This document shows positions 25,997 through 34,407 of a DNA stretch of 57,204 bases, piece after piece. The position numbers were made by a program, and so were the translations under genes. The DNA comes from Chloroflexota bacterium (GTDB taxonomy: Bacteria > Chloroflexota > Limnocylindria > Limnocylindrales > CSP1-4). A model generated the notes under the pieces. The model saw only the letters and a list, made by a program, of their open reading frames with translations. It searched no databases and was not told where the DNA came from. Position 1 is the first letter of the stretch. Every line of letters starts with the position of its first letter. The DNA lies in NCBI GenBank assembly GCA_045804705.1, contig JBJMMQ010000120.1:1-57204 (forward strand). The letters are read 5' to 3'.

Positions 25997-26464
25997 ATGC
26001 CGATATGGCGCTGTCCGCACTGCGGGACACCCCAGGCAGAGACGGCACGATGCTGGGTCTGCCGCCGTTCGAGCACCGCCTGTGCCTCGTGTCGCAACTT
26101 CCGTCGGTCAGTCGCGGCGCAGGTCGGCTTCTGCGGGCTCGATCGTCAGCGACGCCCGCTCCACGGCGACGAGATCAGACCCTGCTGGGAGTCCCGACCC
26201 GACGTTCCCGAGACTCCGGCAGCCGGGATCCCGCGCGGCGCGGCGACGCCGGCCGCGTCCGTCGAGGATCGAACACCCGTTCGGCGGCTCGAGTTCGTCG
26301 AGGTGGGCACCGGGGCGCCGCTGCCGGCTGCCCGCGCCTCGGCGGGCGCGCCGATGCCGGCGTCACGGAGCGTGAACGTGGACGACGACGCCGTCTCCGA
26401 TCCACCGTCGCCGGTGCCCTCAGCCGAGATGCGCTGGAGCCTCTGGGGCGACCTCGAGGGCTGA
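25997..26464 (+). CDS. Cys-rich zinc-ribbon protein with disordered C-terminus
   Basis: 155 aa. N-terminus WRCPHCGTPQAETARCWVCRRSSTACASCRNF carries paired CxxC motifs. Confidence 0.5.
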   Translation: MPIWRCPHCGTPQAETARCWVCRRSSTACASCRNFRRSVAAQVGFCGLDRQRRPLHGDEIRPCWESRPDVPETPAAGIPRGAATPAASVEDRTPVRRLEFVEVGTGAPLPAARASAGAPMPASRSVNVDDDAVSDPPSPVPSAEMRWSLWGDLEG

Positions 26465-26490
26465 GCGGTCCCCCCGGCATCCGAGCGGGC

Positions 26491-28074
26491 CTACAGACCG
26501 GCCGGGCGCGTCCCGAGCTTGACCTGGAGCGAGACGTGCTGGCCGTCACGCAACACGTCGACGGTCACGGTGTCGCCAGGTGAGAACTGGGCGAGCGTCG
26601 CGTCGAGCGGATGCTCCTCATCGATGGCCTTGCCGTCGATGCTCACGATGATGTCGCCATCCTTGACGCCGCCCTCGTCGGCGGGCTTGCCGGCCTCGAC
26701 GCCGGTCACCGGGTCGCCGTTCGCATCGAAGCCTCCGACCAGCGCCCCGACGTTGACCGGCAACTTCCGGGTCTCGGCGATCTGCCGGGTGATCGACACG
26801 AAGTGGATGCCCATGTACGGGCGACTGAGCGGCTGACCGCCGACAGCCTGGGCCATGATCGGCCGCGCGATGTCGATCGGGATGGCGAAGCCGATGCCGT
26901 TGCTGTTCTGGGCGATCGCGGTGTTGATGCCGACGACGTTCCCACCCGCGTCGAGCAGCGGCCCGCCCGAGTTGCCGGGGTTGATCGCCGCGTCGGTCTG
27001 GATGAGGTTCGTCAGCGACTCGTTGTTGTCCGTGGTGATCGCCCGACCCTTGGCGGAGACGATGCCGCTCGTGACCGAGTTCGAATAGGTCCCCAGCGGG
27101 CTGCCGATCGCGACGACGAGCTGGCCGACCTTGAGCGCGTCCGACTCGCCGATCGCCGCCGACGGCAGGTTCGTCGCATCCACCTTGACGATCGCAAGGT
27201 CGGTCAGCGTGTCGATGCCGTAGACCGATCCCGACAGGACGCGGCCGTCCTTGAGCTCGACGTCGAACTTCTCGCCACCCTCGACCACGTGGTGGTTGGT
27301 CAGGATCCAGCCGTTGCTGTCGAAGATGACGCCGGATCCGACGCCGGTCTCGGGGATCACGCCGTTGTTCCCGACGTTCGCGGTGCCCGTGACGGTGATG
27401 CGGACGACGGCGGGGCTGACCTTGGAGGCGACCGCGATCGTCGCCGACGATTCATCGATGGCCACCGGCTGGACCGTCCCGACGCTCGTGGCCTGGGGAG
27501 CGCTGGCGGTGGAGGGCGCAGGCCGATCGAGCGCGCCGACGGCGGACAGGGCGGCAACGGTGCCGACGGACGCGAGCACGGCCGACAGCACCGACGCGAT
27601 CACCAGGGAGCCGCCTCGACGGCCGGAGCGCTTCGTCGCGGTGACGGGCGCGGTCGACGAGCCGGTGGGCCCAGGCTCATACCAGCGTTCCGGGGTGACG
27701 GGCGAGCTCTCGCTCCACGAGCGGGCCCAGTCGGCACGGGGCTCGGGGCTCGGGGTGTAGCTCGCAGCCGGCGGGTTCCCGTACGGCTCGGCAGGCGCGG
27801 CCGACGGCCAGGTCGGGCTGTCGAGCTCGGTCGCATCGGAGGCGGGCGTGGCTGGCGCCGCGGCGGCGGCGGCGTGGGCGGTCGTCGCCACGCTCGCTTC
27901 GGCCGGGACCGTGGGATGTCGCTCGGTCAGGTCGCCAGGGTCACCCGACTCGCCGGGGACGGGAGCGTCGGGGTCGCGGGGTTCATCGTGCATGATGCTG
28001 GCAGGTCCCCTAGGAGGGTCGGTCGGTGAGCGACCACGGTCGTATCGATCGGATGGTGCACGGTGAGGGTTCAC
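26491..28074 (-). CDS. htrA: HtrA/DegP-family (S1C) serine protease with PDZ domain
   Basis: 527 aa. A Pro/Ala-rich cytoplasmic N-terminus and one TM are followed by the catalytic motifs TNHHVV, DLAIVKV and GNSGGPLLD, then a C-terminal PDZ (GDIIVSIDGKAI). Confidence 0.9.
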   Translation of the reverse strand: MNPHRAPSDRYDRGRSPTDPPRGPASIMHDEPRDPDAPVPGESGDPGDLTERHPTVPAEASVATTAHAAAAAAPATPASDATELDSPTWPSAAPAEPYGNPPAASYTPSPEPRADWARSWSESSPVTPERWYEPGPTGSSTAPVTATKRSGRRGGSLVIASVLSAVLASVGTVAALSAVGALDRPAPSTASAPQATSVGTVQPVAIDESSATIAVASKVSPAVVRITVTGTANVGNNGVIPETGVGSGVIFDSNGWILTNHHVVEGGEKFDVELKDGRVLSGSVYGIDTLTDLAIVKVDATNLPSAAIGESDALKVGQLVVAIGSPLGTYSNSVTSGIVSAKGRAITTDNNESLTNLIQTDAAINPGNSGGPLLDAGGNVVGINTAIAQNSNGIGFAIPIDIARPIMAQAVGGQPLSRPYMGIHFVSITRQIAETRKLPVNVGALVGGFDANGDPVTGVEAGKPADEGGVKDGDIIVSIDGKAIDEEHPLDATLAQFSPGDTVTVDVLRDGQHVSLQVKLGTRPAGL

Positions 28075-28086
28075 CCCCGACCGCTC

Positions 28087-29790
28087 CTACGGTGAAGTTT
28101 CCTGCACGTTCGCGATTTGCGCTTCGGACGGCCCGATGACGCCGCTCGGACGAGGCACTGGTCCCTCCCCGCGCGCCTCGGCGTCGGCGGCCGAGGCGAC
28201 AGCCGCCTGTTTTGCGGCCGGCGTCCCCTCGACGAGACGGGGGTCGCGCGGCAGGGTCACGACCATGCGGGTCCCCTGTCCGACCCGACTCTCGACCTCG
28301 ATCGTCCCGCCGTGCATGTCGACGATCGAGCGGACGATCGCGAGACCGAGACCGCTGCCGCTGCCGCGGGCCTCGTTCGCCCGCGAGCCGCGATAGAAGC
28401 GTTCGAAGATATGCGGCAGCTCGACCGGATCGATGCCGACGCCCGTGTCGGTCACCTCGATCCGGGCGCCATCGGGCACCGCCGCAACTTCCACCGCGAC
28501 CGACCCGCCGCGCCCGGTGAACTTGATGGCGTTGGCGACGAGGTTGGCGACGACCTGGCCGACGCGCGGCGGATCGTGTCGGATCCGGATCGGCGTCTTC
28601 GGCAGATGGAGGGTGACGATGACTCCGCGACGGTCGGCCGCGGCGCGATTCTGCTCGACCGCGGATTCCACGGCCGCGCGCAGGTCATCCGGGCGCAGGT
28701 CGAGCAGGACAAGCCCCGAATCGAGCTTGGAGAGCTCGAGCAGGTTCTGGGCAAGCCAGTCGAGCCGCTCGATCTGCTGCCCGCTCGATTCGAGGAACTC
28801 GTTGCGCGCCGCTGGGTCGTCGGCCGCGCCCTCGGTCAGCAGCTCGTTGAACGTCCTGAGGGCGGCCAGCGGCGTCCGTAGCTCGTGGGACACGTCGGCC
28901 AGGAAGTCGCGGCTGCGGTCGCGGTCGCGGCGGATGATCTCGACGCTCTCCTGGAGCCGGTCGGCCATCGCGTTGAACTGGACGGCAAGCTCGGACAGCT
29001 CGGAGGAGCCGGCGCGAACCTCGGTCGCAGGCACACGCCTCGTCAGGTCGCCCTCGGCCAGGCCGCGGGATGCCTCGGTCAGGCGCCGCAGCGGGGTCGT
29101 GAAGCGTCGCGCCATGAGCGCCGACACGACGACGGACAGACCGAGCGCGAACAGCGCGATCGCCGCGAGGAGTCCGGTCACATTCGCCAGCGCGGTCGCG
29201 CGGAACGTGTAGGGATTCGAGAGGGTCACCCGCAGCGCATACTGGCCGAAGACTTCGCCTGCACCATACGGGTGTGTGAAGCCGACGTCCTTCTCCTGGG
29301 TCTGGCCGGCGAAGGGCGGGGCTTCCAGGTGCAGGAGGATCGGGTCATCGACCGCCGGCAGGAACTTCATACCCTCGCCGTCGGCGACGAACCGGCCGAA
29401 GGCGATCTCCACGTCGGCCTGGCCCAGCTGATCGGCGACGAAACGCTGGAGCCTCGGGTTGGCCATGGTGTCCAGCACGTCTCTGTCCACGTGGCCGTCG
29501 ACGCCGACCACGGGGCTGCCGCCCGCACTCTCGTCGGCCACGGCCGTGACGTAGGTCTCGACTGACTTCGCGCGCTGTTCGAGGTCCGCCACCTGCTGGC
29601 TCGTGAAGTAGTCGTCGAGCCGGTTGATCACGAGGACGGTGACGAGCGCGAGCGTCAGGGTCACGACGAACAGGAATGCCCCGGTCAGGCGACCCTGGAA
29701 CGTCCGTGGAGCGAGCCGGCGCAATCGACCCGGCATCCGAGCTCGGCGCTCGACGGGTCGTTCAGCGCTCGGCGAAGGCGTACCCGACAC
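28087..29790 (-). CDS. Sensor histidine kinase (2 TM, HAMP, HisKA, HATPase_c)
   Basis: H-box FLADVSHELRTPLAAL, N-box NLVANAIKFT, G-boxes DTGVGI and GSGLGLAIV. The track start overlaps the RR stop by 29 nt; ATG 29736 is an alternative start. Confidence 0.9.
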   Translation of the reverse strand: MSGTPSPSAERPVERRARMPGRLRRLAPRTFQGRLTGAFLFVVTLTLALVTVLVINRLDDYFTSQQVADLEQRAKSVETYVTAVADESAGGSPVVGVDGHVDRDVLDTMANPRLQRFVADQLGQADVEIAFGRFVADGEGMKFLPAVDDPILLHLEAPPFAGQTQEKDVGFTHPYGAGEVFGQYALRVTLSNPYTFRATALANVTGLLAAIALFALGLSVVVSALMARRFTTPLRRLTEASRGLAEGDLTRRVPATEVRAGSSELSELAVQFNAMADRLQESVEIIRRDRDRSRDFLADVSHELRTPLAALRTFNELLTEGAADDPAARNEFLESSGQQIERLDWLAQNLLELSKLDSGLVLLDLRPDDLRAAVESAVEQNRAAADRRGVIVTLHLPKTPIRIRHDPPRVGQVVANLVANAIKFTGRGGSVAVEVAAVPDGARIEVTDTGVGIDPVELPHIFERFYRGSRANEARGSGSGLGLAIVRSIVDMHGGTIEVESRVGQGTRMVVTLPRDPRLVEGTPAAKQAAVASAADAEARGEGPVPRPSGVIGPSEAQIANVQETSP

Positions 29791-30460
29791 CTCGTACCGT
29801 CAGGACGAACATCGGCGTGGCCGGGTCGTCCTCGATCTTGTCCCGCAAGTGGCTGACGTGGACGTTGATGGTCTTCTCGTCCTGGTCGAGGGCCTCGTAG
29901 TCACGCAGCAGCTCGAGCAGCTCGGAGCGGGTGTAGACCCTGCCCGGCCGCGAGGCGAGGTGTCGAAGGATCTCGAACTCGGTCGGGGTCAGGCTGACCC
30001 GGCGGTCACCGCGTTGGACCCGGCGTCGCTCGAGGTCGATGAGCAGGTCGCCGTGACGGATGACGCGTCCCCCCACGGCGTCCGAGAGGTCGCCGTACGA
30101 GCGACGGAGGAGCGCCTTGATCCGGCTCATCAGCTCGCGCAGGCCGAATGGCTTCGTGAGGTAGTCGTCGGCACCGAGCTCGAGGCCGATCACCTTGTCG
30201 ACCTCGTCGTCACGCGCGGTCAGGACGAGGACCGGCATCTTGGCCCCGGCCGCGCGGAGCCGGCGGAGGACCTCGAAGCCGTCCATCCCGGGCAGGCGGA
30301 CGTCGAGGACGACGAGGTCGGGCGCCTGGCGCGTCGCGATCTCGAGGCCCTCCTCCCCCGAGCGGGCGACGGCGACCTCGTAGCCCTCCTGCTGGAGGGC
30401 GTACTGGATGCCACGCGCGACGGCATGTTCGTCTTCGACGATGAGGATGGTGGCTGCCAC
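29762..30460 (-). CDS. OmpR/PhoB-family response regulator
   Basis: 232 aa with ILIVEDE, LVVLDVRLPGMDG and LTARDDEVDKV. Winged-helix C-terminus: LTPTEFEILRHLASRPGRVYTRSELL...VHVSHLRDKIE..VRGVGY. Confidence 0.92.
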   Translation of the reverse strand: MAATILIVEDEHAVARGIQYALQQEGYEVAVARSGEEGLEIATRQAPDLVVLDVRLPGMDGFEVLRRLRAAGAKMPVLVLTARDDEVDKVIGLELGADDYLTKPFGLRELMSRIKALLRRSYGDLSDAVGGRVIRHGDLLIDLERRRVQRGDRRVSLTPTEFEILRHLASRPGRVYTRSELLELLRDYEALDQDEKTINVHVSHLRDKIEDDPATPMFVLTVRGVGYAFAER

Positions 30461-30628
30461 GCGGGGATGCTACACCGGCAGCGGCGAATCGCCGCCGGGT
30501 CGGCGCACAAGGTTCGCGAGACGACCCGTGGTACCCTAGCCGACGCTATCCGGGCGCCTCGCCACTCCGGCCCGCCGGCGAGCCGCAGCCCAACGACCCA
30601 GACACCGCATCCGTGAGGTTCCAACGAC

Positions 30629-31324
30629 ATGGCCACCGCCCGAGCGACGCTTGCCGCCGAACATCGTGAGCTGACCGGCAAGAAGGTCTCCCGCCTTCGC
30701 CACGCCGGCCGCCTCCCTGCCGTCGTCTACGGCCACGGCATCGATTCCTCGAGCGTGTCGATCGACGCCCACGACTTCGAGCAGCTCCGCCGACACTCGG
30801 GACCGAACGCACTCGTCGACCTGTCGATCGATGGCAAGAAGGCGCAGCCGGTGCTCGTGTCCGCGATCCAGGTCCACCCGGTCAACCGCCGGACGATCCA
30901 TGTCGACCTGTTCCTGGTCCGGATGACCGAGGAGCTGACGGTGGACGTGCCGCTCATCGCGACCGGCGAATCGCCTGCGGTTGCCAACCTCAACGGCACG
31001 CTCCTCCACCCGAGCGAGTCCGTCCGCGTCCGGGCCCTGCCTGATCACCTGCCGCAGTCGATCGAGTACTCCGTCGAGTCGCTCGTCGACTTCGACACGA
31101 CGCTCCACGTGCGCGACCTGGTCGTCCCGGGCGACGTGACGCTGGTGACCGACGGTGACGAGATCATCGCGAAGGTCCAGGCGCCGCGCGTCGAGGAAGA
31201 GCCGGTTGCTGCGGCCGCCGAGGGCGTCGAGGGCGAGGCTCCGGAAGGCGAGGCAGCAGCCGAGGGTGGCGAGGCTGCCGGCGAGGGTGGTCAGCCCGGC
31301 GGCGGAGACTCGTCCGAGGGCTGA
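30629..31324 (+). CDS. rplY: 50S ribosomal protein L25 / general stress protein Ctc (long form)
   Basis: 231 aa. R..TGKKVSRLRHAGRLPAVVYGHG and the HPV.....HVDL motif (IQVHPVNRRTIHVDLFLV) are present. Acidic/Gly-rich C-terminal tail. Confidence 0.88.
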   Translation: MATARATLAAEHRELTGKKVSRLRHAGRLPAVVYGHGIDSSSVSIDAHDFEQLRRHSGPNALVDLSIDGKKAQPVLVSAIQVHPVNRRTIHVDLFLVRMTEELTVDVPLIATGESPAVANLNGTLLHPSESVRVRALPDHLPQSIEYSVESLVDFDTTLHVRDLVVPGDVTLVTDGDEIIAKVQAPRVEEEPVAAAAEGVEGEAPEGEAAAEGGEAAGEGGQPGGGDSSEG

Positions 31325-31350
31325 ATCCGGGCAGCCGACTGGCGGTCGGC

Positions 31351-32199
31351 TCAGCCTGACCGGTGGCCGACGGCGTAGACGATCGGCGCCGGCATCGACA
31401 GGTCGGCAGGGTCGAGAGCGGTCAATCGCGCCCGGAGCGTGGCGAGAGCGCGGTCGCGGTCCGCTGGTTCGAGGCCGTCGAAGAGCGTCGGGTCGTCGAA
31501 TTCCGTCAGGAATCCGATGTAGCCGTCCGGGTCGAATCGGATGTCGAGGGAGCCGGCCGTGCCCTCGACCGCCCGGAATCCCGCGCGTCGCAGCTCGCCG
31601 ACAAGAGCCTTGACCGTGGCCGGGTCGCCGGCATCGGCGGGGTCGTCGGGCCCGTCGTCCTCGTCGTCCTCCGGTGCGTCGACGCCGAACTCGTCAAGGA
31701 CCTGGTCGACGATCTCGTCCGCGCGCCAGATGGTCGTGTCGCGCAGCCACGTGACGATCGCGAGGGGAGCGTTCGGACGAAGCGTGCGGCGGATCTCGCG
31801 CAGTGCGCGGTGGCGATCCGGCACGAGCTGGAGCACGAACGACGACATCGCGGCGTCGAAGGTCTCGTCGGGAAAGGGCAGGTCGTCGGCCGCCGCGACC
31901 GTCGGCGTGAACCTGGCTCGGTCGCCAGGGTCGAGGCGCTTGTCACGTTCCGCGCCGGCAGCGGCCGCCATCTCGGCAGATGCATCGATGGCGTCGACGG
32001 TGACGTTCGGCCATCGTTCCACCGCCGCCAGCCCGAGCGTGCCGGTGCCGGTCCCGACGTCGAGGATCCGGATCCGGCCGTCGGGGAGTGCCGGCTCGAG
32101 CCGGCGCAGCAGGTCGATCGCCGCGGGGACGAGGAACGGCGCCCACCAACGGGCGTACCCCTCCGCGATCCGGTCATAGCGTTCGGCCTGGTCGGTCAT
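31351..32199 (-). CDS. Class I SAM-dependent methyltransferase
   Basis: Internal ATG at 32199 (MTDQAERYDRIAEGYARWW) was chosen; the longer track ORF has an Arg-rich, improbable N-terminus. Motif I is ILDVGTGTG. Confidence 0.8.
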   Translation of the reverse strand: MTDQAERYDRIAEGYARWWAPFLVPAAIDLLRRLEPALPDGRIRILDVGTGTGTLGLAAVERWPNVTVDAIDASAEMAAAAGAERDKRLDPGDRARFTPTVAAADDLPFPDETFDAAMSSFVLQLVPDRHRALREIRRTLRPNAPLAIVTWLRDTTIWRADEIVDQVLDEFGVDAPEDDEDDGPDDPADAGDPATVKALVGELRRAGFRAVEGTAGSLDIRFDPDGYIGFLTEFDDPTLFDGLEPADRDRALATLRARLTALDPADLSMPAPIVYAVGHRSG

Positions 32200-32306
32200 C
32201 AGCGGATGGTGCCACGCGACTTCGACCGTCGGCAGGATGTCCGGACACCGCGACGATGGCGTCCCAGACCATGCCGCACGCGACGCAACGAGGGTAAGGT
32301 TCTCGG

Positions 32307-33422
32307 ATGTCACTGCCCTTCGAACCGCCGGTCGAGCCGATGCTCGCCAAGGCGGCCGACGCGATCCCCGGCGATGACGGCTGGCTCTTCGAGCCCAAGT
32401 GGGACGGCTTCCGGGCACTCATCTTCCGGGACGGCGACACCGTGTATACCCAATCGCGCGACCTGAAGCCGCTCGATCGCTACTTTCCGGAGCTCGCGGA
32501 TCCACTCCGCGGCGCCCTGCCAGATCGTTGCGTGCTCGACGGAGAGGTGGTCATCGCCCGCGATGGCGCGCTCGACTTCGAGGCACTGCTGCTGCGGATC
32601 CACCCCGCCGCATCGCGGGTGAAGATGCTCGCCGAGGAGTCGCCCGCCAGCTTCGTGGCCTGGGACCTCCTCGCGCTCGGCGACGAGGACCTGCGGACCA
32701 CGCCGCAGGGCGAGCGACGGGCGCGCCTCGAAAGCGTCCTCGGTGCGGCCGACGCACCGATCCACCTGACGCCGGCGACGCGCGATCGGGCGAAGGCGCA
32801 GGAGTGGTTCGAACAGTTCGAAGGCGCCGGCCTCGACGGCGTCGTCGCGAAACGTCTCGACGCGCCCTACCAGCCGGGCAAGCGCGCGATGCTCAAGATC
32901 AAGCACCAGCGCACGGCCGATTGCGTCATCGCAGGATTCCGCTGGCACAAGAACGGACCGGGCACCCACATCGGATCGCTCCTCCTCGGCCTGTACGACG
33001 ATGCGGGCAAGCTCAACCACGCCGGCATCACGTCATCCTTCACGTGGGACCGACGTGCCGCCCTCGCCGAGGAGCTGGAGCCGCTGCGCAAGGGTGCGCT
33101 CGACCGTCACCCCTGGCGGGAGTGGGCCGAATGGGCGGGCTTCGGCGACGCACAGGCGTCCGGACAGCGGATGCCCGGCGCGACCTCACGCTGGAACCGC
33201 GGCAAGGACCTGTCGTGGGAGCCGCTTCGCGTCGAGCGCGTCGCCGAGGTCGCCTACGACCACCTCCAGGGGACCCGCTTCCGCCATGCGACGACGTTCA
33301 AGCGCTGGCGTCCCGACAAGCCGCCCGAAGCCTGCCGCTACGACCAGCTCGAGGAGACCGCACCATTCCTGCTGGCGCGGATCTTCGGCGACGACGACCG
33401 GACACAGGTGGAGGCCGACTGA
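32307..33422 (+). CDS. ligC: ATP-dependent DNA ligase (stand-alone LigC type: adenylation + OB domains)
   Basis: 371 aa with motif I lysine in FEPKWDGFRALIF, plus LDGEVV, FVAWDLL, GLDGVVAKR and MLKIKH motifs. Confidence 0.88.
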   Translation: MSLPFEPPVEPMLAKAADAIPGDDGWLFEPKWDGFRALIFRDGDTVYTQSRDLKPLDRYFPELADPLRGALPDRCVLDGEVVIARDGALDFEALLLRIHPAASRVKMLAEESPASFVAWDLLALGDEDLRTTPQGERRARLESVLGAADAPIHLTPATRDRAKAQEWFEQFEGAGLDGVVAKRLDAPYQPGKRAMLKIKHQRTADCVIAGFRWHKNGPGTHIGSLLLGLYDDAGKLNHAGITSSFTWDRRAALAEELEPLRKGALDRHPWREWAEWAGFGDAQASGQRMPGATSRWNRGKDLSWEPLRVERVAEVAYDHLQGTRFRHATTFKRWRPDKPPEACRYDQLEETAPFLLARIFGDDDRTQVEAD

Positions 33423-33423
33423 C

Positions 33424-34398
33424 ATGACGCTGCGCCTGGGGCTTGTCGGTGGTGGCTGGATCAGCCGGCTCCACCTCGAGGCGCTCCAGCGACTCGAGCG
33501 GACCGAACTGATCGGGGTCGTCGCCGGGTCACGCGCGACGGCGGACGCGGTGACCGGAGAGTGGGGCGGCACGAGCTACGACGACCTCGACCGGATGCTC
33601 GAGGCCGGCAGACCGGACGTCGTCTTCGTGGCGGTCCCGCCACATCGGGCCGTGCCCGTCGCGGAAAAGCTCGTGGCGAAGCAGATCCCGTTCCTCATCG
33701 AGAAGCCCCTGTCCGCGACCGACGCCGAGGGGGTCGCTCGGGTGGCCGATGCCATCGACCAGAGCCGGCTCGTCGTCGCTGTGGGCTATCACCTGCGGGC
33801 CCTCGACATCATGGCCGAGGTCCGGGCGAGGCTCGCCGAGCGTCCGGCGCAGCTGTTCGTCGCCCGCTGGCTGGATTCGACGCCGGAACCGGCGTGGTGG
33901 AGCCGGACGGCGGAGGGCGGCGGACAGGTCGTGGAGCAGGCCACGCACCTGTACGACCTCGCGCGCACGCTCGTCGGCGAAGCGACGGTCGTGGGAGCGG
34001 CGTCCACGCGCGATCTTGCGCACGCCACGCCCGGCGTCGACGTCGCGGACAGCAGCGCGTCGGTCCTGCGCTTCGAGACCGGAGCGGTCGGGTCGTTCGC
34101 GAACACGCACAAGATCAACACGGCGGTCATCGAGGTCGAGCTCGTCTCGGACGGCCTTCTCACGACGCTCACCAAGCGCCCCGACCGCGGCCAGGGCGAC
34201 TGGCACGCGACATTCGACGACGGGACAGTCATCCGGGCGGTCAGCGCCGAGGGCGACCCGTACGAGACGCAGGCGGCGAAGTTCCTCGACGCGGTCGAGT
34301 GGGCGGACCCGGGCGGGGTGCTGTGCACGTACGAGGACGCGCTCGGGACGGACCGGTTGACGCGGGCCGTCGTCGCCGCGACAGGTGCGCCCGGCTGA
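33424..34398 (+). CDS. Gfo/Idh/MocA-family NAD(P)-dependent oxidoreductase
   Basis: The ATG at 33424 lies 1 nt after the ligase stop. LRLGLVGGGWISRLHLEAL..., VFVAVPPHRAVPVAEKLVAKQIPFLIEKPL. Confidence 0.85.
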   Translation: MTLRLGLVGGGWISRLHLEALQRLERTELIGVVAGSRATADAVTGEWGGTSYDDLDRMLEAGRPDVVFVAVPPHRAVPVAEKLVAKQIPFLIEKPLSATDAEGVARVADAIDQSRLVVAVGYHLRALDIMAEVRARLAERPAQLFVARWLDSTPEPAWWSRTAEGGGQVVEQATHLYDLARTLVGEATVVGAASTRDLAHATPGVDVADSSASVLRFETGAVGSFANTHKINTAVIEVELVSDGLLTTLTKRPDRGQGDWHATFDDGTVIRAVSAEGDPYETQAAKFLDAVEWADPGGVLCTYEDALGTDRLTRAVVAATGAPG

Positions 34399-34407
34399 CC
34401 GCCGCGC

